A DNA stretch of 64,000 nt from Lingula anatina (GCA_051362555.1 CM120644.1:23954534-24018533); one strand, 5' to 3'. Positions 13,655 through 26,414 are shown, numbered from the stretch's first letter. Notes: generated by a model from the letters alone, not told the origin. Program-made: numbers and translations.

Positions 13655-14240
13655 TGATTCCTATTAAATCTCATCTTGATTCATTTCTAATCACATCTCG
13701 ATTTATATCCAATCACATCTTGATTCATATTCATATCGAACCACACCTCGGTTCATATCAAACCACATCTTGGTTTCATCAAATGACATCTCAATTTATA
13801 TCTAACCACATTTCGATTCTCATCGTACCACATCTCTATTTGTATCAAACCAAATTTCTGTTCGCATCGAACCAAATTTCTGTTCGCATCGAACCACATA
13901 TCTGTTCGCATCGAACCAAATCTCTGTTCGCATCGAACCACACCTCTGTTCGCATCGAACCAAATTTCTGTTCGCATCGAACCACACCTCTGTTCGCATC
14001 GAACCAAATTTCTGTTCGCATCGAACCACATATCTGTTCGCATCGAACCACATATCTGTTCGCATCGAACCACATCTCTGTTCGCATCGAACCATACCTC
14101 TGTTCGCATCGAACCAAATTTCTGTTCGCATCGAACCACATATCTGTTCGCATCGAACCATATCTCTGTTGGCATCAAATCAAATCTGTTCACATCAAAC
14201 CATATCTCGGTTCATATCGAATCACATCTCGATTCAATTA
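13655..14240. repeat. 22-bp tandem array inside the retrotransposon
   Basis: 14 exact copies of TCTGTTCGCATCGAACCA at a strict 22-bp period (13857-14160) with 4 variable nt per unit, plus degenerate flanking copies. Confidence 0.95.
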
Positions 14241-14427
14241 TCCAACATATCCATCTCTATCTTATTTTTGTTTCTTCATAAATGAATATACTACATAAAA
14301 CCTTGTGTAACGAATGTCATGATCCATTATAAATCCTTCAAATCACTTCTAGATTTTATCATGTTCCATTGCATTTTATAATTTTCAACCTTTCACCTAC
14401 TTTAAATCTAATCTTGATCTAACCTTT

Positions 14428-16640
14428 TTATTCAGAACAATCTATCCTTATTGCCAGAATTTGATGCTTGAAGTTTTTTGATCCTATATAAGAATTTTTG
14501 TTTTTCCCTTGTTTGCAAATATCACATCCGTTCTTAAACTTTATTATATCTTTAATATACCATTTCCATTTTGAATTTTCATCTTGTAACAATGGCCAAA
14601 ATGTTGCCGATTTCCAGTCTGGTACTACCAAAGTACCCTTTGCTTTGCAACATAGTAAATGATTTATAACTTTTGGCACTAATGCTACTGGAGGTACTAA
14701 CCAATTATTTTCGTTTGACCAATCCTGTAAAAATGCATCAACCGCCTCTGTATTTGGATTCCAAAATTTTGAATTAAAACGAGTTACTTTTGTATTTTCA
14801 TAATTAGCAAATCTATCTATTGTATACGATCCCCATTTTTTATTCATAAAATTAAAGAAATTTTCCGTGACTTCCCAATCATCTGTGTCTATAATTTTAC
14901 TTATAAAATCTGCTTTTGCATTTTGTGTCCTTGGAATCCATTTTATTTGCAAAATAATATCATTTTCTACACAAAAATTGAAAATATTTAATGCCAATGT
15001 TTGCAAATGCACCTTCATCGATCCAGTCTGTACTATTCTAACAACATTTTGATTATCTGTAAACCATCCGATTTTTCGATTTTAATAAATTTCGTAAATG
15101 ACTGTAATGAAATAAATAGCGCCTTTAATTCCCTCCATGTTGAGCTCTGTTTTTTTCTCACTATCAGACCACATTTTGTGACAAATCTCAGAATTGCATC
15201 TAATCAAATATCCTCCGCATGCATGTTCGCTTGCATCTGAAAACCCCAGTATTTTTGGTACATCTTCCACAAACATGACTCTGCGATTTAGTCTGTCAAT
15301 GTTCGACAACCAAAATTTTAATTCATTTCGCAAATCTGACTTGTCCTTCAAATCCTCGATACCATCCCAATTTCTCCTGTCATTTATGACCTGATGCATA
15401 TTTCTAGTCATCAGTCTCGTTACATCTCCGAACACTATATATAAAGATATAATTTTTCCCGTAATTCTAGCTAAACTTCTAGCAGATGTGTTTGATATAT
15501 TTTCCATTATTTCCATTATATCAATTTTTAAATCTGCCACTCTTTTATCAATTATTGAAAGAATCCCTTTTTTCAAATCCCATTGTAAGCCCAACCAGTT
15601 TAATGTTTGTGTTGGTTTCCACATACTTTTGACTTCGTTTACTACGAAACCAGATTTCAATAAATCATGTCTGATCAAATTCGCAAACTTTCGCAAGTCT
15701 CAAAATTTCCGCTAAATCCCAAACCATCATCTAGGTACATAACAATTGGTATATGTTTTGATCTCCAATGTTTTACTAAACATCTCAAAACTTTCGTGAA
15801 TATGTAACCTGACGAAATTCCAAAAGGGAGCACTGTATAAACATAATATTTAATTTGACCATTCATACGCCAAGAAAACCCCAAAAAATCTTGTTGTGAT
15901 TCCTTAATATCTATGTGATGATAACCATCTTTCAAATCAAACTGAAACATATACCCTCCCAATTTAACATATTGTAGAGCCTCGTTTGCGTCTTCAAATT
16001 TTACTTTCTCTTTCCAAATGTATGGATTCACATGTCTTAAATCAAGTACTAAACGTTTCTTTTTGCCGTTAGATGTAACCGTTAATGGATTTACCACCTT
16101 TGGAATTTCCTTAACTTCTCGAATTCTGCCAGATTTTAATAAATCTTTAATGGTATTGATAACAAATTCTGTGTTTTCAAGCGATGATTTGTTATTCTTG
16201 ATAAATGAATTTGGTGGTGTCTCAATAAATGGAATAACATATCCATTTTTTAATACGTCTAAAATATATTTATTAGCCTGTATGCTTTCCCAGAATTGAT
16301 AGTTTCTCTTAAGTCTTCCTTTAACATTTACATTTTGATGATAATCTAACAACCCATCTGAATTTCTCAAATTATTATCTATCATATACTTATCTTTCAT
16401 TTTTGATTTGCTCATCTTGCTTTTATTTGTTTTGTTGCCACCCGCTGTATGTAGCTTCGCTTCCTCTGAAGTTCTGTCCGTATGTTCTTTCTCGTGGATG
16501 CACTGTACTCTGTGCTTGGTCTTTGTATGGACAGCTTTCCCTCCAATGGCCATATTGTCCACAGGCGAAGCACTGGTCGTTTGGGTTTGGGAATCTTTTT
16601 CTTCGAAAAAGAAAGCTTCCTCGATCAGATATACCTGCAA
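14428..16640 (-). CDS. pol: reverse transcriptase, RNase H and N6-adenine methyltransferase-like domain (two frameshifts)
   Basis: RT motifs KKRLVLDLRHVN, FDLKDGYHH, LPFG, YLDDG (15675-16640); RNase H FSDAS (15082-15696) and KWIPRTQNAKAD; IDRFA...DAF..DW...NWLVPP...GTLVVPDW (14428-15018), typical of the DIRS/PAT MT-like domain. Confidence 0.9.
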
Positions 16641-17277
16641 AATTGACTGATGCAGAATAATTCTTTTTATTGTAATTAAACTCGTTTTTGTTACGCCTGT
16701 TTTGATTTCGTATTCGCATTTTTCTACTGGCTCTCATTTGTGCAGACCGTATTTTCTTTTTATCATCACTATCTTCTGCTAGGTCATCTGATTCGTATTC
16801 TTTTACTGCTTGCCAACCTGCTTCTGACTTGTCTGCTATTCTTATAAGTTTATTTCTCTTTTGTAAAATGTCAATGCCTTCCTTTAGTGCCTTACGAGCC
16901 TCTTTTACATGTCCGTCCTTAATCAACATATCAGCTTTCTGCATATTTTCGATTACTTCAGTATTTATTTCGAACTGCTTTTGATTTCCCGCAAATTTTA
17001 ATTTTTTCTGTACTGTCTTGGCTTTTTTGTTCTGACTTTGACTTTCTTCGACTAGCTCCCTTTTCAGTGATTTAAACTTTTTGTCCATATAAGACTTGAA
17101 CACAGAAAATGTGTCCGTCATTTGTCCAGCTGAGCTGTTATCATTTACATCACCTTTCTCATTGAAAGTTCCTTCATTGCCCTCTTTTTTATCTTCTACT
17201 GCCAAATTTAAAAATTCTCTGCTCTCACTCTCGGTATCTTCACTCTCCGAGGTTGACTCCCTTCTTCTCTTCGACAT
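16423..17277 (-). CDS. gag-like protein with CCHC zinc knuckle
   Basis: 284-aa ORF with RNKLIRIADKSEAGWQAVKEYESDDLAEDSDD block and CFACGQYGHWRESC knuckle; overlaps the pol 5' end. Confidence 0.88.
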   Translation of the reverse strand: MSKRRRESTSESEDTESESREFLNLAVEDKKEGNEGTFNEKGDVNDNSSAGQMTDTFSVFKSYMDKKFKSLKRELVEESQSQNKKAKTVQKKLKFAGNQKQFEINTEVIENMQKADMLIKDGHVKEARKALKEGIDILQKRNKLIRIADKSEAGWQAVKEYESDDLAEDSDDKKKIRSAQMRASRKMRIRNQNRRNKNEFNYNKKNYSASVNFAGISDRGSFLFRRKRFPNPNDQCFACGQYGHWRESCPYKDQAQSTVHPRERTYGQNFRGSEATYSGWQQNK

Positions 17278-17323
17278 ACCAGCGATTTACTTGGACCTGA
17301 CGCAGCAAGCTGAAAACAGCCTC

Positions 17324-17358
17324 GAATGAAATCTGCTCATCTCACATTTCCTTGTATA
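17324..17358 (-). promoter_or_regulatory. Putative Pol II core promoter in repeat A (TATA + Inr)
   Basis: TATAAAA in A2 (11880-11886; TATACAA in A1, 17352-17358) begins 31 nt upstream of the A in a TCATTC initiator (TCAKTY consensus). Confidence 0.6.
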
Positions 17359-17480
17359 CTATTGTGCAATGCACAATCTGCGCATGTCAAACTCCGCGCC
17401 CTATGAACTCATTTCCTCACCTGAATTGCTTCTCTAACACATTTTGCGTTGACTCGTTAGACGACAATAAATTCATATAT

Positions 17481-18389
17481 ATTGAAATAACAGCACCAAA
17501 TGTCACCAAATTTACACACATTTAGCATTAGGCTGTGCTCGTTAAGGGCTCCTTGTCTAATAGCCTCTGAACATTGGGTTTCTGCAACAAATCACTCAGC
17601 AGACGAGAGTAGCGAGCACGTGCATTTCCACAATGACGCCTGCAGTATCCCTGAAGTCACCTTTTGCAAATCGAGTGAGATATTTGTTGAGAAAGTTTCA
17701 GTGAATTGCCTCAATAACGTTCTTTTCCGGAAAGAATAATGCACTAAAACCACGGGCTTGGAATTATCTCCAAACGAGGTCTGACCTGACACCTCAGGTG
17801 ATATTATCCTGCACACACCTTCCAAAATGCATCCAGCAACATGTCTACGGGTCCAAATTTGACCATCGAAGGCATAAAGAAATCCCTTGATTCTTCAGCA
17901 AAACCAACTTGTTCCTTGTGATGGTTGACCAAGTTCTGGTAGTTCTGGGGTAACTGAACCTAACATTCTTAACTGATACCTCATTCCATCTTGGGGGTGA
18001 TCTAGGCTTCATCATGACAGCACACTTGCACACAGTTCTCATGTGGTGAGTGATTTGTTGCAGAAACCCAATGTTCTGAGACTGGAGAAACCATCTTTGA
18101 ATCCTGATAATAAACCTACTGAGAACCCGTGGCGTGAATTAAAGTGTGCAATCCAGAGGAGAACCAAACTCCAACTAGTCCTGACCAACTCCGCCAAGCT
18201 TTTTAGGAAACATGAGGCAAAATCCCACAAAACAGAATTGTTACCCCTGTTGAAGGCGGTGGCGCCGTCTACAGGAGATAATTACAGTCCGCGGTAGCCA
18301 CACACGCTAATAGACACGTGGCCTTTAACGAGCACACCCTAATGCTAAATGTCTGTAAATTTGGTTGACTTTGGTGGTGTCTTTTCAAT
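17481..18389. mobile_element. Degenerate Tc1/mariner-like remnant with ~65-bp imperfect inverted repeats
   Basis: 17484-17549 is the reverse complement of 18321-18388. Internal NPDNKPTENPWRELK resembles the Tc1 SPDLNPIENxWxxLK motif. Confidence 0.6.
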
Positions 18390-18643
18390 TTAATGGACAT
18401 TTCTTTAACTCTTTGGAAATGACAGTGGAACATCGGATGTAAGGGGGTACATGTAATAAATGTGAATAAATGGTATTAAATATAGATAACTTAACCGTTA
18501 CTTAGTATTTTCTGTACCAATAATCATGGTAGTTATGGTATATGTAATGAAAATGACCATTCATAGCAATTAGCACCTGTGATGTGATCATTTATAAATA
18601 AAAGCACATAAAACTGGGGGTGGGACAACCTTTTTGACAAATG

Positions 18644-18699
<56 letters not shown>

Positions 18700-18953
18700 A
18701 ATAATAATCACATCTATCTGTTGTCAGACAGCCATTAACCGGGTTAATTATGAGATTTCGTTACTGTCGCTCACAGTGTCATCTCACATTTCCCAATCAA
18801 ATCCAGTTTATTTTTACTTCAATGGAAAATTTACGAGAAGCGAGTATGACGTCTAACGCTAAAAATTACTTGCTGTTACATTCGTGGTGTCGCCGGGTTT
18901 TTAAAAATTGAAAAGGCATTTTTATTCACATAAATACAACAAAAATACATATC

Positions 18954-18996
<43 letters not shown>

Positions 18997-19180
18997 GACA
19001 TTCGCTTAACATTAAGTAAACATGAAAAGTATATAGATAGCTAGACTACGTACAAAACAATATAATGCAAGTGATGCTGTACATTACACGACAGAAACAT
19101 TTCACATAGAAGTGAGTGGCAAAGAAGTACCATGATGACACTGTAAAGTACACTTGTAAATGGAGAACTAGTCAAAGAAA

Positions 19181-20746
19181 CAGACTTGACATTTAATATG
19201 GAATATTTTTCCAAATCGTAAATCATCAGTTTTTTCCTGTTTTGCTGACTAATAAATGTAAATAAGGATTAAAATCGTGTTTTAATAACTTTTTATAATC
19301 TCTTTGATGTCATTTTGACATCAGTTAATTAATTGAATTCGCCAGTGAAGCAAACAAAAATACATTGCCAATTCTAAGTCATACGACAACCATTGAAAGC
19401 GATATTTTGGATCTCCATATTTTCCAAACTATCGTCTCAAAAAGAGTTACACGCCCCACAAAGGACCCTCATATCAGTGTCTAGTCACAGCAACAGTCGT
19501 TGTTACGCATAACCTCATCTGGCCGCTACCAGAGCTTTCAAGCGGCAAGGCATTCCTTGGGATAGGTTTTTAGAGTTTAATCTGGAATAAAATTTCAGGC
19601 AACGGTCAAAACCTGTTCGATTTGGTTCAGTTTTGTTGTAGGACATGTAGGCCGTTAATTCGACGAGTAATGACCCACCCACATATTGTCTGGTTTAAAA
19701 CGGCAATTTTGATGACCAAAGTAGCTGCTCAATCCCTTGGTTCTGTAAGTTATCTGCTCTTAAAAGTGTTCTGTGTGAACCGGCAATCTCATCGTGCAAC
19801 CTAAAACTGTTCCTAAGGTGCCCAGTATCAGATGGAACCACATTGGTTCCCAGATTATTCCTTTATTTGATCACGTTCATTTTTTTTCATCGATGACTAC
19901 CATTGGTGTTTTGGCACCAATGTGGTATCCACTCCAAATACTGGCGCTGTCAATGACCCTAGTCACTTTAGAAGCAGCACACGCTTCATCGAAGACCTCT
20001 TCAGGATGTCCATAAGCTCTGTTTTGACCAGTTGAGCGGTCATGGTCCCCAATTCATTAGAGAAACAGACGATGCGTTTTTGCTGTTTAAAGTGGCTTCC
20101 TCAGAGGTCATCTTGTATTTTAACCTGCTGAAACCAGCTTGGTGCCTATAAAAACGCGTTTTGGTGACAATTCGCCCCTCATTCTGAACTGGGTGGCTTT
20201 TGTTTAGTTGCAGCAACAAATCTGGAAGGACAGCGAGTCCTGTACCATGGTGGATGGTGGTAAGATTTCAATACATTGGGCGTGGTCTCTGTGTAGGTAC
20301 ATCAGTTTTGGCATAAATCTATAAAACTGTGCGGACCATTCCATGTGACACCATAGTCTGTCTGGCAATGTATGTCTTTTTCGCTCCATTCTGGAACAGA
20401 TTAACACTTTTGTAAAACAATGCTAAACTCTTTTTTCGCACTACAAAACCGAACCCTTGCATGCAAAATTTCAAATTCTTAGATGAAGTAGTTGCCGACA
20501 TATGGATACTTTCTTGACAGAACCAAGCTTTGACCAGCCCAAAGGAGCACTACCCAATTAAATTACTGCATATTACACAATGCAGTAGTGCAACAGACAT
20601 AGTAGTCAGTTAATTGGAAGCGACACACCTGACTACACACTTCTTCAATCAGATATCTAATAGATCTGAGTTTTTTCAAAAAAGAACGCATTTTTACCAA
20701 GGTATACCTTTGGAACTGAAATATTCCATATTAAATGTCAAGTCTG
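19181..20746 (-). mobile_element. Degenerate Tc1/IS630-like DNA transposon
   Basis: TIR CAGACTTGACATTTAATATGGAATATTT at both ends, right end followed by TA. Decayed transposase-like fragments on - strand (RKPL.., DEKK, MPCRLKALVAAR). Confidence 0.7.
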
Positions 20747-20915
20747 TAGAAACCCAGGTTCTCTGTAAGAAAATGACATCACTGAAGATTCTTTTGAGGA
20801 ACATATTTTCTAATTCGAATTTTATTTTGATAGAAGGGAAGGGAAGGGAAGGTCGGCTGTATATTTCTTTTAAAACAGGTACACATATACATTTTGGAGA
20901 CGAGAATAATATAAT

Positions 20916-21488
20916 TTAGAGCCTTGACATTCGTTTTGGATACTCCCAAATTACATTTTCATCAGGAGGTGTAATTATTTCATTAGTTCTGTTGGCAGTC
21001 AAGCGTTCCATTTCAGCCCAAATGTTTCTTTTTCCATAGCAAATTAAAAAATACATGTCGCAAATCTTCCCTCTTTGCTCCACAGATAGATCATTTCTCT
21101 GACATCTCAATACCGATTCTTTTCAGGTATGACTTAACTGGTAAGATTCTAAATATTATTCTATATTGGAACCATTGAAGTTTTGTTCCTCGTGTAACAT
21201 GGAAACCATTCTCATAATATAAGCATACTTCCAGGTGATGTTTGTATTTTGACTTAAGTTCCATTTCCTTTTTACACCCATTTCGACTTTTTATAAGTAG
21301 CTGAACCGGCTGAGGAATATAAGGAAATAAAATCCCTTTAGAAGTTTTTTCATTGTTCTTTATTGATTAACCTACATTTTAAACTGTTACGTATTCCAAA
21401 ATATATATCAGATCACATTCCAAATTTGGTGGTTAAAAAGTTTCCTTCGTTGAAAAGATCAGCAATTATTCTAATACCCCCACTGTAC
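20916..21488 (-). mobile_element. Possible 5' fragment of another Tc1-like element
   Basis: MRCQRNDLSVEQRGKI resembles a Tc1 N-terminal HTH start; TACAGTGGGG-type terminus near 21488. Confidence 0.35.
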
Positions 21489-21658
21489 TATTCTTTATCG
21501 AATATTGATACCCCACCCGATTTTACTTTACTATTATACCACAGAGGTTCAAGAGCGACATTGCTATTCATATCTTCTATACCGTATGTTACATCTTTCC
21601 AGGAGATAATGACATCTCTCCAAAAACTATAATTCCAATTACGTAAGACAGTATCTAA

Positions 21659-23005
21659 ATACATACCTAGGGATGTTATATGACCGTGGCGATATGCTGA
21701 TCACTGAAGCATGTCCATTTAGCCAAGCTTCAGTGAAGATCGAGGGCAACCTCGAGCCGCTACCCAAAAATGTCTCGCTTCACTCGACATTTCTGCGTAG
21801 CGTCTCTCGGAAAACTCGGATTTGACCTCGATGTAGTCTAGAATTTCACGACTACATCTTGGTTAAATCAGTCGAGGTCTCTTAAATACTGAAAGCCAAA
21901 AGGCAGTGTGATCATGTGACCTTCTTGGCATCAAGAGAATAGTGACGTTGCTTGCGTTATATACCTACCAGTAGACAAATTTAAAATCTCTCACACTTTA
22001 AAAAAAATCAGCATAAACTTTTCACGTTTAACAATTATTATCTATCATTTTATTACACTAAGTCATATCATATAGGTATGGTTTGAAAACGGGAATTAGT
22101 TTACATTTAAGCCACACGTGCATACAAATTATTTGTAAATCTATAACTTTTTAACGAGGTTTGTGTTATTTACCTTTTGTTTTTAAGCTGTTCTTTCTTC
22201 CTCTTTATCAGATATATCGGTAAAAATCAAAGGTATTCCCCCTTTGAACTTGTAATTACATGTAGCACATGAATGCTTTGAAAATCAGCACATGTATATT
22301 CCGAAACCGCCTCGTAATAAAAATGTCACCAAAACGTAGAATTATTACTCCTGTGGACTTGAAATAAACATCCGTTTGATTTTGACTATATCCCGTAACC
22401 GCCTCGTCGTCAGAAATAACAATAAAAAAACTAGAATTATTACTCCCGTGAACTTGTAATAAACATCCGTCGATTTTGACTATATTCCGAAACTGCCTCG
22501 TTGTCAGAAATATCACCAAAATGTAAATTTCTTTCTCCTTTGCACTTGTAAAAAATCAGTTTGACTATATTACTGTCCGATGCTCCTTTTTTATCAGAAT
22601 TGTCACTAAAAAGTAGAGGTTTTGCATTGGGACCTTTTTTTCTGCAGCAGTCCCAGCTAGGTAAGGCTCAGCTGAGACGCGCATGGTCAGTGTCGACGGT
22701 TGAACGTCCACGACAAGTATTTAGCAAAAATCTACCAAATTGGTCAGACATTACTGAGAATTTGGCGGCAGGTGACCAGCGCACGTGGACGAGTTTATTC
22801 TGTATAACATCTCTAGAGCGTGATATAGGGTCACTTTATTCGGTTTTAGGGGTGTTTTAGGATGAAATGACTGTATTTTTTCTCGGTATGTATGTCAAAT
22901 AATACACTGTCACCCTCTCGCGATATATGCCATGAACATCTCTCGCTGACGCTCGAGGTGTTATGGCATATATCGCTCGGGTGACAGTGTATTATCTCAC
23001 ACATA
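21659..23005. mobile_element. ~1.35-kb interspersed element, copy 2
   Basis: Same orientation and ends as 4466-5833; small indels; immediate flanks differ. Confidence 0.8.
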
Positions 23006-25129
23006 ATCATTCCCATAGTCAAAAAATATTCCAAATAGATTGTAAACCAAAGGTGCTCTGGAGAATAGTGTTATATACTGTATCAGCCTCAAGGTATGGA
23101 CGCCTTTGGTTTACATAATGTACAGTGCCTTGATATTTCTCCTACAAGGTCAGGGCAGATCGAGAAAAATTGATTTGTCATCGAGCCCTTTTCGTCTCAG
23201 TTGCCGCACACCCTCCGTGCGGCTTTCAAGAAGATTGATAAATTAACGGTGCAAGTCCCTCCTTACGTTTAAAGCACCCAAGCAAACATACAACTTAAAT
23301 ACATGCATGTGAATAAAACTTAGGTTTAATCATCTCCGCTATTTTTGTTAATAATCCATCACCAAAAAGAAGGGCCTAAATGATGTTCAACCAATATCCA
23401 GTCCACGGCAAATCTACCGAACTATGGCTGTACAGGGATTGTGTAATGTCATCTATAATCAAGTGAACATACTGTTCAAACATAAAAATAATAAAAAATA
23501 AGAAATAAAAAGCTAAATGATATAAAAAAAGTCAACAGTTTTCATGTGAAAACAAAATGTAGAAGACACGAAAGCTGTGAAACCGTACGACACAGCCTGC
23601 CTCAGCTCAGGCGCCGCACTAAAATCGATATATGAGCATCCGTTCCGAGATCGCAAGGCCCAAGTACCTAGAAATCTATCAGTATGGGTAAAGGTAGTAT
23701 TAAGCAGGGAAATTGTTGACTAACATCACTGTTCTATCACGTGTAGAATCTTTTGGACATGTCCAACATCCTCTGTACGCGCTTACGGGATGTCTGCGAA
23801 CTCGAAAGAAGGCCTTGCGTGGGACGTGAGATTCTTCGTAAAATTTGGACGCAAACAGCCCGTAAGAGCCCGTACGGCCGGTTGTGACCGAGGCTTAAGT
23901 TGATTCTGAATCAGTAGATCAAATAACAACGGGACACATTTATTTAATTAACACATCGTTCCTTTCAACATTATGTACTTTTATCTCAGGAAAGAAAAGT
24001 ATGTTAAGTTAGTTCAAGGGATTTCTTTTTCTTTGTTGATCTCTGACATCATAACTTTGTAGGGCAGTAAAAAAGGTCAATTGAATTATAAGTTGTTAAT
24101 GCCCGCGAGACTATAATTTGGGTTAAACAGTAGGTGCATGTAGGCCTATTTTTTGTTGTGCTGTGCTTTGGGGAAATTGTAAGATCCCAACGTTGTGTTG
24201 ACCATCCCACTATTTATTATCATGGGTAAGGTTATATACATTGCTTATAAGCAATGTTTATTAAAAAAACACACTTGTTCACGTTATCTTCACCCACGCG
24301 AAACATAATTAAAATCAAACTCGTCACAATCGCATATCAAATGGATTGCACTAATTGCGCTAGGAATGCGGCGCAGCTACCGCAATCAAAGAACACCCAT
24401 ATATCTTGTGTACGTGACGTTATGCTCACCGCGATATTATTATTATGACCTTAATGTTTTCATGGGCGTAAAGACGTAACAACTATGCATGAAGTAAAAA
24501 AATTGAAACTCCCAGTTAAATTTATTTTTGCTTTAAAAAGAACGATATGTGCACATTGCCTGTATGGAAATGTGCTGTTACCGTTCTGTCACCGTCCTAG
24601 ATGACTTCCAGAGTCCCAGCCTGGATGACACCTTGCTATCATGCAACGTGAATTATATATGCTTCCCTGTTAAATAACAAAATCTTCATTTATTCATTCT
24701 CAAGGAAGGTCGACATGACGACCACGTGTCACCTGAATCCTTTTAAGTTATTTTTCTTCTGATGTTCTAGCTTGAATGTATAACTTTCTTAAATTAACAA
24801 GATTCTGTACTTACACTGTAAAAAGTGTTTAGCATTTAAATACACACTACACACGTTAGGCACCTATACGCATTTAGAAATATGTGTAAAAGTTAAGCAC
24901 GAATAGCTTTTCAAGCATTTAACAGAAGAAAAAGCAAGACACGTTGGCAGTGATACATGTTTAGATATGTGTTTAGCTTCACCGGCAAATGATTCTATAA
25001 CAAGTCTATCACAAGCTAAGCACATTGGCTAAGCACTTCCCCTGCTAAGCGCGTGAGGCTGCTAAACATAAGGAGCTGCTATACTGGTAGGGGTGGAACT
25101 GTTAAGATAGATCGGTCGTTACATGTTCC

Positions 25130-25397
25130 AACGTTCGAATTTTTAAAAAGATTTTTTTTGAAGAGACACCCAAGCACATTAAAAATTTGCAAAAAAAGTT
25201 GGGGGGTCACCGACCAAATAGGAGAACTACGCCCTAATATGTTACATCCTGCATATCGCACTAGTCCCCATTCAAATCAATGGAAAAATGGGTGTTTTTT
25301 CACTAAAGCATTATTTTTTTTTATGATTTTTTAAAGTTCGAATTTTCATTTTTTTTTTTTTTTTATGTAAAGAGCTATCCAAGTACATTTATATTTT

Positions 25398-25439
<42 letters not shown>

Positions 25440-25630
25440 ATGTGGGGTCATCGACCAAATAAGAGATCTACGCCAAGTAAAAGTGAGTTACACCCTGCGT
25501 GACGCACTAGTCCCCATTTAAATCAATGGGAAAATGGGCGTTTATTCACTAAAAAGTTATTTTTTATGATTTTCTAACGTTTGAATTTTAATTTTTGGTT
25601 TGTGTGGAGAGACATCCAAGTACATTTAAA
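25130..25630. repeat. ~240-bp tandem duplication, probably a TE fragment
   Basis: ggggtca(c/t)cgaccaaata...cgcactagtccccatt(c/t)aaatcaatgg occurs at ~25203 and ~25444. Confidence 0.65.
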
Positions 25631-26137
25631 ACTTTCATTATGTTTTTAAAACGGTTGAAGTCAGTATACTAGCTACATGTATTTTCAGATTTGTCATACT
25701 GAATCGAAGGTGTAAGGCATTAACTTCATAACAAATTTATTGAAGAGGGAAATGTTGTCATGCATGTGAAAATAGTTTATTGACGTTGATATTTATTTAT
25801 GTAATGAATATAATATGAATGTGACTTTTTGCCCCCCCCCCCCCCCCCCCCCCGCTAAAAATTGAAATCAGCACACAGAAAAATCTCATTAATGTTGTAT
25901 GTACCAGCACCACTCAAGAAGTCAAAAATCCACCAATAGCCAGAAAAATCTCAACAACACTGCCCTTCAAGAAATCGACGGAAAGACGTTTTTTTCGCGG
26001 TTTTGCCCGTCATGCTCTGCGTTAACAGTGTTGTCAATTAAAATGAAGCGTCTGATACAAAGTATCAAACGCGGCATTCACGTGCTTGCTTGCGATGCCT
26101 TCAGTACACTTTGTTACACTGACAAGATGAAAGCAGT

Positions 26138-26414
26138 TGCGGATTAAAGGGGGGGGGGGGGGGTCTGGGGGTTCTAGACCGCCCCCTTTGACTTCTGAAA
26201 AATAAATCACACCATCGGTCCCCATATGAAATGAGAATATTGACTAGCCGCATCCTAATTCTATGCCTTACCTTACCTTACCCTCTAAAATACCCTACGC
26301 CAAAGGGGGAGGGGGGAGTGTCGTCTTCGCATTCGCGGACCCTCCCTCCCCCCCCCCTCCCCCCCCTCCCCCCCCCCCCCCCCCCGCCTTCAAATAACCC
26401 TTGATCCGCCCCTG
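26138..26414. mobile_element. G/C-tract MITE
   Basis: gcggattaaagggg...ccccttgatccgcccctg inverted ends; left end degenerate. Confidence 0.5.

Larger units (their letters stand above)
11227..17476 (-). mobile_element. Tyrosine-recombinase retrotransposon (DIRS order, PAT/Ngaro-type split direct repeats), near full length, frameshifted
   Basis: gag, RT, RNase H, MT-like and YR ORFs on the - strand. Repeats A1 17282-17476 and A2 11810-12004 (195 bp, 2 mismatches seen); B1 12006-12146 and B2 11227-11367 (141 bp, 1 mismatch seen). Order A1-ORFs-B1-A2-spacer-B2; no TSD. Confidence 0.93.

Noticed and set aside
13654-14298. 22-bp array as a CRISPR array or as protein-coding ORFs
   Set aside because: Variable parts are only 4 nt and recurrent, the context is eukaryotic and there are no cas genes. 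The overlapping ORFs in four frames are by-products of the repeat.
17287-17340. Short ORF MSRFHSRLFSACCVRSK in repeat A as a spliced YR leader
   Set aside because: It could join in frame to an alternative acceptor near 13331, but its ATG lies upstream of the predicted initiator, so it is probably not transcribed.
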